NCBI GenBank assembly: GCA_047285535.1
Contig: JBJBDC010000001.1
Location: 2,880,136-2,944,135, forward strand
DNA from: Synechococcus sp.
GTDB taxonomy: Bacteria > Cyanobacteriota > Cyanobacteriia > PCC-6307 > Cyanobiaceae
Direction of reading: 5' to 3'
Length of the DNA stretch: 64,000 nt
The position numbers were made by a program, and so were the translations under genes. Position 1 is the first letter of the stretch. Each line of letters opens with the position of its first letter. Below the pieces are notes generated by a model. It made no database searches. It was not told where the DNA came from and worked only from the letters and a program-made list of their open reading frames with translations. Shown here one piece after another: positions 1-14,527 of the stretch.

Positions 1-154
1 CACGAGGGTGCTGGAGAGCAGCAACGCTCCCTGCGAGGCTTCCAGCAATTGGGATCAGCGTGCGTTCGAAATGCTCTTTGGCCTTTAGAACGACCTGGTC
101 TTCTTTTGAGCTGGGACGTACCCGCTGGCGCTGTTGGCTGAAGCGTTCGGCCAT
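1..154 (-). CDS. N-terminal part of a probable alkaline/neutral invertase (GH100), running off the window edge
   Basis: ATG at 154 opens MAERFSQQRQRVRPSSKEDQVVLKAKEHFERTLIPIAGSLAGSVAALQHPR with no stop before base 1. GSVAA resembles the GTVAA motif near the N-terminus of GH100 invertases. Not in the ORF track because it is truncated. Confidence 0.55.
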   Translation of the reverse strand, partial: MAERFSQQRQRVRPSSKEDQVVLKAKEHFERTLIPIAGSLAGSVAALQHPR

Positions 155-449
155 GCTGCAGTTGCGACCATCCCTCAAAAATTAGTGATGCTCCTTGTTT
201 TGGCCAGTGGAAGTAAGTCTGGAGATACTGGTTTCAGGAGATAGTTGCGAAGGGAGCAGTCATTGAGTTATGGTTTTGGACTGCGCGGGGGGGCAATGCT
301 CCGAAGCGCAGCCGAGGATCATGACAAGCGAGAGCTTGAAGTGTTCTGAGGGGCTTGCAGGATTGGGGGAGCGATCCCACGATGTTGTAAGTTTCAAAGG
401 CGGTTGCGAAACCGCAGGCCAACCGTTTCTGCAAGGGAACGCGAAGGCA

Positions 450-461
450 GAACCTGGACAA
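450..461 (+). promoter_or_regulatory. rRNA leader boxA antitermination element
   Basis: GAACCTGGACAA upstream of 16S, preceded by GC hairpins; near-identical to the spacer copy GAACCTTGACAA at 2840. Confidence 0.7.
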
Positions 462-823
462 TTGAAAAGTTTAGGAACTGACGCTTTTATCGCGTTTAGT
501 TTGAACTTAAGTCGAAAGATTTAAGTGCGAGCTAAATGATAGTGCGATAAAGGTGTGAGGTCCCGTCAACAATTATTTAGTTGCAGAGAAGCATTGTGCT
601 TGCAGCTCGAGAGTTTTCACGAAGTCTTGAGTTGTCGGTGTGCGCAATGTGGAGCAACGACCGGATCTGAGATCCCGGAAAGTCGAAGGAGGAAGAAATT
701 CTGATTTTGCACTCTTTGAACCCTTCTGTCAGAGGAAGGAGGCAACAACTGCATGAAGTACGCCAGTGCTTTGATGTGGGTGAAGCAAATCAATCGGAGG
801 TGAGAACCAAAAGGGATTGATCT

Positions 824-2307
<1,484 letters not shown>

Positions 2308-2493
2308 ACAGGGAGACAAACAACCGATTTTGATGTCTGAGTACTTGATTCTTAGGCCAAAATCCTGTCACCTTAGGTCGATCGGTACCTCAATTTTGAA
2401 GCCAAGAGATGTCTAGAGATAGGGATTGGCTTGGTGGAGATCTTTAGTTCCTAAACTTTGTCTAGGTCACACCCCATAAGGGATGAGACTCCT

Positions 2494-2567
<74 letters not shown>

Positions 2568-2575
2568 TCGGTGTT

Positions 2576-2648
2576 GGGGGTTTAGCTCAGTTGGTAGAGC
2601 GCCTGCTTTGCAAGCAGGATGTCAGGAGTTCGAGTCTCCTAACCTCCA
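2576..2648 (+). tRNA. tRNA-Ala(TGC)
   Basis: GGGGGTTTAGCTCAG...TTTGCAA...GTTCGAGTC...AACCTCCA cloverleaf in the ITS. Confidence 0.98.
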
Positions 2649-2839
2649 CTGACCGAAATGAATCCCCATCTCCCAAGAGTGGAGTATGAGCTCGTATGGA
2701 TTGTGATTTAGATTTGTCCGCTAGATGATCCTAGCTTCTTGTCATTTTAAAGAATGGGAGTGAACCCAAGATTTAATTGATAGGACGCTGGGCTCAATGA
2801 ATGGATTGAGAGATCAATGCATTGATTTGATGTCTAGCC

Positions 2840-2851
2840 GAACCTTGACAA
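2840..2851 (+). promoter_or_regulatory. ITS boxA antitermination element
   Basis: GAACCTTGACAA, the conserved cyanobacterial spacer boxA, upstream of 23S. Confidence 0.8.
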
Positions 2852-2997
2852 CTGCATAGTAAGTCTGGAAAGAATAAAGCATCTCATAGATGCATCATTC
2901 TTGAGGGTTAATTCTTGATGGAATGATGTTAATTCTACGAGCAAGAGCCGAGACTCCATCACGTTCTTTCAAATGTGTCGAGCATTTGAGAGTTTGA

Positions 2998-3038
2998 TTT
3001 TAACTTCTAAGTTAGAAGTTCTAAGTTAGAAGTTAAAA
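2998..3038. repeat. 14-bp tandem duplication within an inverted repeat in the ITS
   Basis: TTCTAAGTTAGAAG at 3005-3018 and 3019-3032; TTTTAACTTCTAA (2998-3010) is the reverse complement of TTAGAAGTTAAAA (3026-3038). Confidence 0.85.
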
Positions 3039-3078
3039 GAATCTGTTTCAACAACAGCAAGCGTGTTGGAGATACATT

Positions 3079-5944
<2,866 letters not shown>

Positions 5945-6058
5945 CATTTGGTTCTTGCCTTTGAAAAGACTTTATTTGATCCAGATCGCAAACAAGGAAC
6001 GCAAGTGAATTGAATGCAGCTATGCAGTTCTCAGGGGTCAACCCTTGGGAAATGTCTA

Positions 6059-6176
6059 TCCTGGTGTCCATAGCGCTGTGGACCCACTCCGATCCATCTC
6101 GAACTCGGTTGTGAAACGCAGCAGCGGCGACGATATTTGGGGGGTAGCCCCCTGAGAAAATAGCTCGATGCCAGGT
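6059..6176 (+). rRNA. rrf: 5S rRNA
   Basis: TCCTGGTGTCC...CCATCTCGAACTCGGTTGTGAAACG...GCCAGG with complementary ends. Confidence 0.97.
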
Positions 6177-6195
6177 AAAAACATTTTCAACGAAG

Positions 6196-6226
6196 AAAGC
6201 CATCCCTTGAAGGGATGGCTTTTTTT
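6196..6226 (+). terminator. Intrinsic terminator of the rRNA operon (possibly bidirectional with mutM)
   Basis: AAAGCCATCCCT-TGA-AGGGATGGCTTT hairpin followed by a T run. Confidence 0.9.
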
Positions 6227-6287
6227 GTGCCCTGCTGCACGGTAGTTTATGTCTCTATAGGCTTTATTAGAAGTTTTAGAGGTCGTT

Positions 6288-7157
6288 TTAGTGTTGGCAT
6301 TGAGGACACCAATGCGTGCTTCTCCCAGCAACCTTGATCCTTTCGATCGTTGTTCCGCAATGTAGGCATGGTTGACCGGTACGTCTGTAAACAGCAGCTT
6401 GGCCTCCATAATTACCGTTAATTCCTTCAAGATCTCGGAAATCTTTAAAGGTTGTCCCGCCTGCTCCAATGCTCATTTCTAATACATTGATCAGGCATTG
6501 TCTTAGTTTCTCCAGTTGCTTACGATTCAGCCTTCCTGCTGCTTTTTGTGGGCAAATCCCCGCTGCAAATAAACTTTCGTCTGCATAGATGTTGCCTGTG
6601 CCAGCCACGGTTGATTGATCGAGTAATGCAGCTTTAATTGACCGTGTGGATCCTTTTAATTTTTCTTGCAGGTATTCTGTCTTGAAATCTTGACTAAAGG
6701 GTTCAGGGCCTAGTTTTTTGATTCCACAGATGACGGAATCCACGGCAATGCCCGGTGGAACCCACCACATTTCTGCGAAACTTCTTACATCAACAAAGCG
6801 CAGTTCCTGTCCCTTGGCATTCCAGAACCGTACACGTGTGTGTTTACAGACTGGCGTTCCATCCTCAATCCATTGAAACTGCCCAGTCATGCGTAGATGA
6901 ACTCCCCAGTACCCTCCGCTCTCTTCAGAATCTTGCAACTCAGCTGATGCTGGCCTGTGGAGTTCGGCGAATAAATACTTGCCTCTTCGATTCCAACTGC
7001 CAATGCGGCAGTTTATGAGCCCTGATTGAAAGCATTCGGCTCCACCGGGACTTGCAATAGCCCTGTCTCTGCAGACTTCAAGATCGGTGATGACAAATTG
7101 ATCCAGACGGCTCGCCAATCCTCGACGAACCGTCTCAACCTCTGGGAGTTCAGGCAA
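6288..7157 (-). CDS. mutM: Formamidopyrimidine-DNA glycosylase
   Basis: N-terminal PELPEVE, HLRMTG, GNIYADE and a C-terminal CxxC...CxxC zinc finger. Confidence 0.97.
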   Translation of the reverse strand: MPELPEVETVRRGLASRLDQFVITDLEVCRDRAIASPGGAECFQSGLINCRIGSWNRRGKYLFAELHRPASAELQDSEESGGYWGVHLRMTGQFQWIEDGTPVCKHTRVRFWNAKGQELRFVDVRSFAEMWWVPPGIAVDSVICGIKKLGPEPFSQDFKTEYLQEKLKGSTRSIKAALLDQSTVAGTGNIYADESLFAAGICPQKAAGRLNRKQLEKLRQCLINVLEMSIGAGGTTFKDFRDLEGINGNYGGQAAVYRRTGQPCLHCGTTIERIKVAGRSTHWCPQCQH

Positions 7158-7162
7158 CGACC

Positions 7163-7372
7163 TCAGGCAGGTTCCAGCTCTGCCTGAGAGAAGTTATTGG
7201 TATTGATACCACCTTCTGATCCAGAGATTCCGCTGTAGTTCACCTTTTCAAAACGAACTACAACTGGGTAACGAATGCCAGAGGTGTCAATCGATGCCAC
7301 TGTGCCGACATCGTTGTACCAATAGGACTCAGGCCGCTTGATGCGAACCTTGTCACCACGGGAAATAGCCAT
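7163..7372 (-). CDS. psaE: Photosystem I subunit IV
   Basis: [19 protein letters not shown]...[13 protein letters not shown]. Confidence 0.98.
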   Translation of the reverse strand: MAISRGDKVRIKRPESYWYNDVGTVASIDTSGIRYPVVVRFEKVNYSGISGSEGGINTNNFSQAELEPA

Positions 7373-7482
7373 CGCTGCTCAGAAACGTTGATGTAAAGAA
7401 AGCGTATCGCTGAGTGGTCTCCAGATCGAGAGAGCGTCACAGAATGTCTTTGGCGTGTTTTTGATCTGTTGACCTCATCGGC

Positions 7483-8556
7483 ATGGCAGCATCCATCACC
7501 ACCCCATTGATGACGCCGTTGACCAGCCTTAGTCCCGAACCGCCCTCGCTGGATCTTGACCTTCCCGATCCTGACCAGGATGACATCAGTACGATGGAAT
7601 TCCTGGCTCGACTCGAGCAAGCCTGGGATGTTTGCGACAAATTTGATCTGCAGACTGAAATCTGTCGTGGTCGCATCTTGAAAGCTGTGCGTGATCGCGA
7701 AAAACGAGGTGGTGAGGGTCGTGGAGCCGGTTTTTTGCAGTGGCTTCGGGAACGGGAAATCAGTAAGACCAGGGCGTATGGATTGATTCAGTTGGCTGAA
7801 TCAGCGGAAGACTTAGTCGGCGAAGGGTTGTTGCAGCAATCGAGTGTGAATCAATTCTCGAAGCGCGCCTTTCTTGAAACTGCTTCTGCGGCTCCAGAAG
7901 TCCAGGTGATGATTGCGGAAGCCGCCAACGATGGTCAGGAGATCACTCGTAAGCAGGTCAGAAGGTTGACTGACGATTTCACGGCAGCGACGAGTCTCCT
8001 GCTCCCGGACGAAATTCGTCAACGTGCGCAAGAGAATTTGCTGCCTTCAAAGGTTGTTGCACCGCTGGTGCGAGAACTATCCAAACTTCCAGAGCTGCAA
8101 CAAGATGATTTCCGCAAGGTCCTCAGGGATGAGCCGGAACTTGATCGAATCAAAGATGTCACACATACGGCTCGTTGGATTACCAAAGCCACCGAATCTG
8201 GCGTTGCAGTTCGCGCTTTTCAGCAGGGTGATTTGGACCTGGATAAAGCAATGCAGGAAGCTCAGAGGCTCGATGCCCTTGGCTTGCTTGCCGATGCAGT
8301 AGGTCAGGCGCAGGCCCTGGAGGCAGCTGTTCTCAAGTTGCACACCTCATGGAGACGGCTTGGCGGGCTTCATGAACGTCTTTGGGTTGAAAGTGGAAGC
8401 AGCACTCCTTATCTCCGGGATGTTTTGACAGCTCTTCAGACGTTGAGTGGTGCCACGATGCGGGTGTCTTTAGGTGAGCTTGCTGGTGGAAAGAGGGTCA
8501 GACTTCAACTTGTTGAAGAGGCTCCTGAACAACTGGATCCCCCAATAACCCTCTAG
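7483..8556 (+). CDS. Conserved cyanobacterial hypothetical protein (helical, possible N-terminal HTH-like segment)
   Basis: 357-aa ORF filling the gap between psaE and recQ; FLQWLREREISKTRAYGLIQLA segment. Confidence 0.75.
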   Translation: MAASITTPLMTPLTSLSPEPPSLDLDLPDPDQDDISTMEFLARLEQAWDVCDKFDLQTEICRGRILKAVRDREKRGGEGRGAGFLQWLREREISKTRAYGLIQLAESAEDLVGEGLLQQSSVNQFSKRAFLETASAAPEVQVMIAEAANDGQEITRKQVRRLTDDFTAATSLLLPDEIRQRAQENLLPSKVVAPLVRELSKLPELQQDDFRKVLRDEPELDRIKDVTHTARWITKATESGVAVRAFQQGDLDLDKAMQEAQRLDALGLLADAVGQAQALEAAVLKLHTSWRRLGGLHERLWVESGSSTPYLRDVLTALQTLSGATMRVSLGELAGGKRVRLQLVEEAPEQLDPPITL

Positions 8557-8603
8557 ATCTGGTACTCGTTAGAGTGAATCCGCTATCTGTGGTGCGAGGG
8601 TGA

Positions 8604-10097
8604 GTGTTGGATCCACTCATTGATGCTCTCAACAACCATTTTGGCTGGGATTCCTTTCGTTCAGGGCAGCGCCCCGTCATTGAAGCCTTGCTGAGTGGAC
8701 GAGATTGTCTTGCAGTTCTACCAACTGGAGGAGGTAAATCTCTTTGCTATCAGCTGCCTGCACTGGTGAGGCAGGGGTTGGTTGTAGTGATTTCTCCATT
8801 GGTGGCTCTGATGGATGATCAGGTTCGTCAGTTACAGAAGCGAGGTATTTCTGCTGCCTGTCTGCATCGCGGTATTCACCCTGACCGGCGCCGCTTGATT
8901 CGGAAACAGTTGTCTTCGGGAGCGTTGCGTCTGTTGTATCTCGCTCCTGAGCGTCTTCAAGGTGATGAGGCGAGAGACATGCTTGCTGAGTATGCGCGGC
9001 GGGGACAGTTAGTTGCTTTGGCCGTGGATGAAGCGCATTGCATCAGTGCATGGGGGCATGATTTCAGACCTGATTATCGACGGCTTGGTCAGCTGCGCTT
9101 ACTTTGCCCTGGTGTTCCTCTTGTGGCTCTAAGCGCCACAGCGGCTCCCAGGGTGCGGGCTGACATCCTTCGATTGCTTGGTTTATGCAAACCACTGATT
9201 CAGGTGTCTTCAGCGCAACGCTGCAATCTCCAATACACGATGCGACGTCGTCCGAGCGATCCGCTCCCAGAGGTCCTGGATGCCTTAAAGAATTCTCGTG
9301 GTGCAAAGTTGATCTATGCCAGGACCCGCCGTTCGGTGGAGTACTGGGCACAACGATTGCAATCTGAAGGGATTCAAGCGATCACTTATCACGCGGGTCT
9401 GGAACTGGAGCGTCGCGAGGAGGCTTTACGTCATTTTTTGGAAGCCGATGGGCCCGTCTTGGTGGCAACAGTTGCGTTTGGTATGGGTGTCGATCGTTCG
9501 GACGTGGGTTTGGTATTGCACTTGGATCTTCCTGCTTCGCCGGAGGGTTACCTCCAGGAATCAGGTCGTGCTGGTCGTGATGGCAGACCGGCCCATTGTC
9601 TTGTGCTTTTTTCGCCTCGAGATCGAATTCGTCTTGGCTGGGCAATGCAGTCCACGTTGAGACGTGAGGCTGAAACCAAGGTTTTGGAAGACGATGTTCG
9701 GCGCGTGGAGTTGGCTCAACAACAATTACGTCGCATGGAGGCTGTCGCAGAAGGAGAGATTTGCCGTGAGCAAGCTCTTCTCTTATCTGTTGGAGAGCTG
9801 ACCTCTCCTTGCGGCCGCTGTGATCGCTGCGTCACTGAATTGCGACCACAGGATTGGTCTGATCGCGCCCAGGAACTGTTAAGCGTCATCCATGCAAAGC
9901 GGGGCGCGGATATTCGCTCCCTCACTGAGCATTTACGGGAGATCAATGGAAACGAAGAGCGCTGGGGTTGGCTTGTCCGCAGGCTTGTGCAAGAAGAGCT
10001 CATTGGTGAGAGCAATGATGGTGTACAACGTCTTTCCCTTCGGGATAGCGGCAGACAATTTCTGCATGCACCTTGGCCTTTGCATTACTCGGCTTAA
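8604..10097 (+). CDS. recQ: RecQ-family ATP-dependent DNA helicase (short form, no evident HRDC)
   Basis: PTGGGKSLCYQLP, DEAHCISAWGHDFRP, ATVAFGMG, QESGRAGRDG and zinc-binding cysteines. Confidence 0.95.
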   Translation: MLDPLIDALNNHFGWDSFRSGQRPVIEALLSGRDCLAVLPTGGGKSLCYQLPALVRQGLVVVISPLVALMDDQVRQLQKRGISAACLHRGIHPDRRRLIRKQLSSGALRLLYLAPERLQGDEARDMLAEYARRGQLVALAVDEAHCISAWGHDFRPDYRRLGQLRLLCPGVPLVALSATAAPRVRADILRLLGLCKPLIQVSSAQRCNLQYTMRRRPSDPLPEVLDALKNSRGAKLIYARTRRSVEYWAQRLQSEGIQAITYHAGLELERREEALRHFLEADGPVLVATVAFGMGVDRSDVGLVLHLDLPASPEGYLQESGRAGRDGRPAHCLVLFSPRDRIRLGWAMQSTLRREAETKVLEDDVRRVELAQQQLRRMEAVAEGEICREQALLLSVGELTSPCGRCDRCVTELRPQDWSDRAQELLSVIHAKRGADIRSLTEHLREINGNEERWGWLVRRLVQEELIGESNDGVQRLSLRDSGRQFLHAPWPLHYSA

Positions 10098-10112
10098 TTG
10101 AAGTGACTTGAT

Positions 10113-11186
10113 TTAGGCGGCTTTGCAGCGATCTTTCACCAGGTCTTTTTCGAAATTGGTCTGGGGTGCAATCCAGGTTTTCCAGGCACCATCTGAGCTG
10201 GTTACATTGATTTTGCGGGCAGAGCAGTTCACCGCTACATACAGAGGCTTTCCTTCTCCGTTCAGGGTTGGGGCCACCATGCTGCCGCCCATCGATTGCC
10301 AGTTGCTCCAGTCCACTTGAAGTGGTCCATAGGTGCGCCATGCAGCGGGATTGGCCTGGACGGTCTTGGTTTTATCTTTTTTTGATGCTTTCTTTTGGGA
10401 TTGAATTTTCGTGGCTGGTTTGGTAGCTGTTGCAGTGAGAACGGGCTGGGGTGAAGGCTTCACTGCTTGAGTGGTAAGGGTCTGCGACGCTGACTTTTGG
10501 ACGCTCTCAGGTTTTGAACTGGTGGCTGAATTGGTTGTGATTTGTGCCGAGGGTGTGGAATCTGCTCGAGTTGCAGTCACTTGCTCGTTGAGACTTGTAT
10601 CCCGGAGCATCAGCTTTGTTCCCACCTTGATCTTGTCGGGGTCGCTGATGGTATTGAGATCGATCAGAGAGGCCACTGGAATCTCATAGGCAAGAGCGAT
10701 CTGCGTCAATGTCTGACCTCTCGCAATGGTGTGAGAGGTGGCATTTGGATTGGCCTTGATCGGCGTTGGCTTGGCCTTGGCCACGGGCTTTGGCCTGGGC
10801 AGAACGGCGGTTGTTGGCAGTTTCAGGGTTTGGCCAATTTCAATGTGATCTGCGCTTTGAAGGCTGTTGATGGTGATCAAGTCTCTCTCTCTGACGCGGT
10901 AACGCCCAGCAATGTCTCCCAAGGTGTCGCCCAGTCGCACGGTGTGGCGTCCTGAACCAGCACTGACCACACCCCTGGCACCACTAGGCAATCGAAGAGT
11001 TTGACCGGCCTCTACATGGTTGGAGTTCCGGATGCCATTCATTCGCATCAGACTGTTGACGGATACTCCGTATCTCTCAGCCAGATCGGAGATGGTGTCT
11101 CCTCGCTTCACGGTGATCGATGCTGCTAGGGCTGGCAGGGGCATCAATGCCGTCAGGGTTAGGGCAGCGGCAACCATGCTTCTCAT
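10113..11186 (-). CDS. Secreted LysM-repeat peptidoglycan-binding protein (3 LysM domains)
   Basis: Signal peptide MRSMVAAALTL...ALA; repeats TVKRGDTISDLA, TVRLGDTLGDIA, TIARGQTLTQIA. Start moved from 11273 to ATG 11186. Confidence 0.9.
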   Translation of the reverse strand: MRSMVAAALTLTALMPLPALAASITVKRGDTISDLAERYGVSVNSLMRMNGIRNSNHVEAGQTLRLPSGARGVVSAGSGRHTVRLGDTLGDIAGRYRVRERDLITINSLQSADHIEIGQTLKLPTTAVLPRPKPVAKAKPTPIKANPNATSHTIARGQTLTQIALAYEIPVASLIDLNTISDPDKIKVGTKLMLRDTSLNEQVTATRADSTPSAQITTNSATSSKPESVQKSASQTLTTQAVKPSPQPVLTATATKPATKIQSQKKASKKDKTKTVQANPAAWRTYGPLQVDWSNWQSMGGSMVAPTLNGEGKPLYVAVNCSARKINVTSSDGAWKTWIAPQTNFEKDLVKDRCKAA

Positions 11187-11265
11187 GCGACTCTCTTGGC
11201 TGGGCGCAAGATAAGGTGCCTGGCTCAACTCGCCAGTCCCTTTCGGCGATTGATTTGCAAGTGAT

Positions 11266-12666
11266 TCAGCCAACTAGGCGGCGTAACAAAGCAGGATTCA
11301 GTGTGTAGGGGGGATAGCGGAGACGTGGGTCAAGAAAAAAGGGTCTTCTGAGCACGGCTCGTTCGTTGGAAAAGGTACGAAATCCTGCTTCGCCGTGATA
11401 GCTACCCATTCCACTAGGACCTACGCCACCAAATGGCAGCTCAGGAATCCCCGCTTGCATCACCACGTCGTTAAAGCAAACTCCGCCCGAACTGGTGTTT
11501 TGTAGCAGGGTGTTTTGGTCGTTTTCGTCGCCACCAAACAGATAGATCGCCAAGGGTTTGTCTTGTTTTTGAATTCGTGTGATGGCGCAACTCAGATCAT
11601 CCACCGCAATCAATGGCAACAATGGGCCGAAGAGTTCTTCAGCCATTAAGGGGTCATCGTCACTCGTGACCTCAATCAGGGTGGGAGCGATCTTGCGGAC
11701 TGTCGGGTCGCATTCCCCTCCCAGAAGGAGACGGTCGTTCCCCCGAGCAGCAGCTAGGAGACTTTCCAGGTGGTTGTAATGCTGATCATGGATTAACGAA
11801 CCCAGATCAGCAGAAGCGAGAGGAACGTCGCCGTAGAGATTGCGGCGCTGTTCAGACAGGGCATGAATCAGGTCTTCACGGATGCTCGTCTGAACGAGTA
11901 AGTGGTCGGGTGCGACGCAGGTTTGTCCAGCATTCAAGCCTTTCCCCCAAATCAAGCGGCGGGCCGTCACCGCAAGGTCAGCACCTTTAAGCACTATCGC
12001 CGGATTTTTTCCTCCTAACTCCAGAGTGACTGGTGTGAGATGCCGTGCTGCTCCAGCCAGCACCTTGGCTCCAATCGCCCCACGACCAGTGAAGAAAATG
12101 TGGTCAAAGCCAAGATCTATGAGACCTGCTGCAGTAGAGGCATCTCCGTTTACGACCTGCACCACATCCTCGGGAAAGCAGACAGAGATAAGGCGCTTGA
12201 TTAATTGTGCAGTGGCAGGAGCATGCTCTGACGGTTTCAAAACAGCCGTATTTCCAGCAGCGAGGGCGCTGATCAGAGGCTGGATCGTGAGCATGAACGG
12301 GTAGTTCCATGGGCCGATCACAAGCACACATCCCAAGGGCTCTCGGATGAGTTTTGCCCGCCCAGGACGCTGAGTGATTGGGATGGGAATGCGGCGAGGG
12401 CGCATCCAGGCTCTGAGATGTCGCTTGGTGAGTTTTAATTCTTGAAGCAGGGCCACGATCTCAACCATGCCCTCCAGCGCAGGTTTCCCAAGGTCGATGC
12501 GAAGAGCTTGGAGTATGTCTTCTTCATGGCGGTGGAGCAGGTCGCTTAATCGCTTTAATTGAACACGTCGCCAAGCTTCTGGTCGGGTATGACCCGAGAT
12601 GACAGGCGTGCGGAGGACCTTCAAATGAGCAGCTGTTAAGGCCTCGCCGGGGCTTGAGCGGACCAT
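11266..12666 (-). CDS. NAD(P)-dependent aldehyde dehydrogenase (class 3-like)
   Basis: PWNYP, LKPSE, FFTG, LELGGKNP, GQTCVAPD, EELFGP and PFGGVG. Start is approximate. Confidence 0.93.
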   Translation of the reverse strand: MVRSSPGEALTAAHLKVLRTPVISGHTRPEAWRRVQLKRLSDLLHRHEEDILQALRIDLGKPALEGMVEIVALLQELKLTKRHLRAWMRPRRIPIPITQRPGRAKLIREPLGCVLVIGPWNYPFMLTIQPLISALAAGNTAVLKPSEHAPATAQLIKRLISVCFPEDVVQVVNGDASTAAGLIDLGFDHIFFTGRGAIGAKVLAGAARHLTPVTLELGGKNPAIVLKGADLAVTARRLIWGKGLNAGQTCVAPDHLLVQTSIREDLIHALSEQRRNLYGDVPLASADLGSLIHDQHYNHLESLLAAARGNDRLLLGGECDPTVRKIAPTLIEVTSDDDPLMAEELFGPLLPLIAVDDLSCAITRIQKQDKPLAIYLFGGDENDQNTLLQNTSSGGVCFNDVVMQAGIPELPFGGVGPSGMGSYHGEAGFRTFSNERAVLRRPFFLDPRLRYPPYTLNPALLRRLVG

Positions 12667-12778
12667 CAAAAGGTGTCCGATGGAGGTGCATGTTCGCAGG
12701 TCTGATTGGTTGATCGTGAAAGAGGGGATGACGTTGGAGCCGATTGGGATTAGTACGAGATGGAATGGTGTCGGCCTG

Positions 12779-14527
12779 ATGACTAAGCAGCAGCCGTGGT
12801 GGAACGGTGCAGTCATCTATCAGCTGATTGTGCGCAGCTATGCCGATGGCAACGGTGATGGAATTGGCGATTTACAGGGCCTCGCGAATCGTTTGCCCTA
12901 CCTCCGCTGGTTAGGAGTCGATGCGATCTGGCTCACCCCGATTTATCCATCTCCGCTGCAGGACGGTGGTTATGACATCACCGATTTCAAGTCGATTCAC
13001 CCAGAGCTTGGAGATCTAGCGGCATTCCATCGGGTCTTAATGGCTGCGCACTCCCAGGGCATAAAAGTGGTGCTGGACCTGGTGTTGAATCACACCAGCA
13101 CCCTGCATCCTTGGTTTCAACGCGCCCGTTGGGCCCCTGCCGGCAGTCCGGAACGCGACGTTTACGTCTGGAGTGATGATCTCGATCGTTACTCAGACGC
13201 ACCAGTGTTATTCCGTCATTTTGAATCTTCAAATTGGGAATGGGATGAGGTTGCGCAGCAGTATTACCTTCATCGCTTTTTGCGTCACCAACCTGATCTC
13301 AACTACGACAGCCCATTGGTTCAGGAAGAGATGCTCAATGTGGTGGATTTTTGGATTGAGCGAGGAGTGGATGGCTTCAGGCTGGATGCGGTGCCTTTTC
13401 TCTGCGAAGCCGAGGGGTCTCGTTGCGAAGGATTGCCCGAAACTCATGCCTTTCTTCAGCGCTTGCGGGCACGGGTTGAGAGCCATGGAAAGGATGTATT
13501 GCTTCTTGCTGAAGCAATACAGCCGGTGGAGGAGGCCGCTCCATACCTTGCAGATAATGAGCTGCACGGGGCCTTTAATTTCGCATTAACGGCTCATCTT
13601 TTTGCTGCGATTGCAAGCGGAACGGTAGATGCCTTACGTCATTGCTTACAGGCAGCTCAGAACGCTGTTGGAGGTTGTCGATGGGCCTTGCCGCTACGAA
13701 ATCACGATGAGCTTTGGCTTGGGGATGGTCACTTGGTGCCGGAAGATGTGATTCAAACGATCCGAGCCGGATTGCATCAAGGACAGGGACATTGGCTGAA
13801 CTGGGGCATCAATCGGCGTCTGGCTCCTCTGCTCAATGGTGATCCAGGGTCGAACCGAGTAATGCATGCTCTGCTTTACAGCCTCCCAGGACTTCCTTGC
13901 CTGTATTACGGCGATGAACTTGGAATGGGAGATTGGCCTGGCTTGCGAGACCGCGATCCGAATCGCACTCCGATGGCCTGGACGCCAGCACGGAACGGTG
14001 GGTTTTCGACGGCTCCAGACCCTCTTTTGGTCTTGCCTCCGATCACGGCTCCTGGATACGACTATCGGGTGGTGAATGTGGAGGTTCAGAAGCAGCTGCC
14101 TGGATCGCTTCTCAATTGGCACCGGCGCATGCTCACCTGTCGCAAGCTTCTCCCAGCACTACGGAATGGAGATTTTGAGTTGTTGGATTGCGCTCACCCT
14201 GGTGTCATTGTTTATGTGCGTACGAACGCCACCATGACCGTGATGGTGGCGGCTAATCTCTCCGCAGCAGGGGCCTCGATTTACCTTGACCTCAGTCGAT
14301 GGTCAGGGGAACGGACTCGTGAGGTGCTCTGGGGGTGTGACTTCCCTCCCGCTGATGCCGATTGGTTTGTGTACTTAGCGGCTCATGGGTTCAACTGGTG
14401 GTTGATTGGTGAAGTTGAGGAAACGGACAGCGGCGGTGTGGAGACCGGGGCTCAGCAAGACAGGTTGAGATCAGAAACTTCTGAAGACAAGAGAGGGTCA
14501 ATCCCTGCCTCATTCAGGAGGTCTTGA
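12779..14527 (+). CDS. treS: GH13 trehalose synthase (TreS)-like alpha-glucosyltransferase
   Basis: DGGYDI, LNHTS, RLDAVP (nucleophile), LAEA (acid/base), LRNHDEL and GINRRLAPLL, all typical of TreS. Start at ATG 12779. Confidence 0.8.
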   Translation: MTKQQPWWNGAVIYQLIVRSYADGNGDGIGDLQGLANRLPYLRWLGVDAIWLTPIYPSPLQDGGYDITDFKSIHPELGDLAAFHRVLMAAHSQGIKVVLDLVLNHTSTLHPWFQRARWAPAGSPERDVYVWSDDLDRYSDAPVLFRHFESSNWEWDEVAQQYYLHRFLRHQPDLNYDSPLVQEEMLNVVDFWIERGVDGFRLDAVPFLCEAEGSRCEGLPETHAFLQRLRARVESHGKDVLLLAEAIQPVEEAAPYLADNELHGAFNFALTAHLFAAIASGTVDALRHCLQAAQNAVGGCRWALPLRNHDELWLGDGHLVPEDVIQTIRAGLHQGQGHWLNWGINRRLAPLLNGDPGSNRVMHALLYSLPGLPCLYYGDELGMGDWPGLRDRDPNRTPMAWTPARNGGFSTAPDPLLVLPPITAPGYDYRVVNVEVQKQLPGSLLNWHRRMLTCRKLLPALRNGDFELLDCAHPGVIVYVRTNATMTVMVAANLSAAGASIYLDLSRWSGERTREVLWGCDFPPADADWFVYLAAHGFNWWLIGEVEETDSGGVETGAQQDRLRSETSEDKRGSIPASFRRS

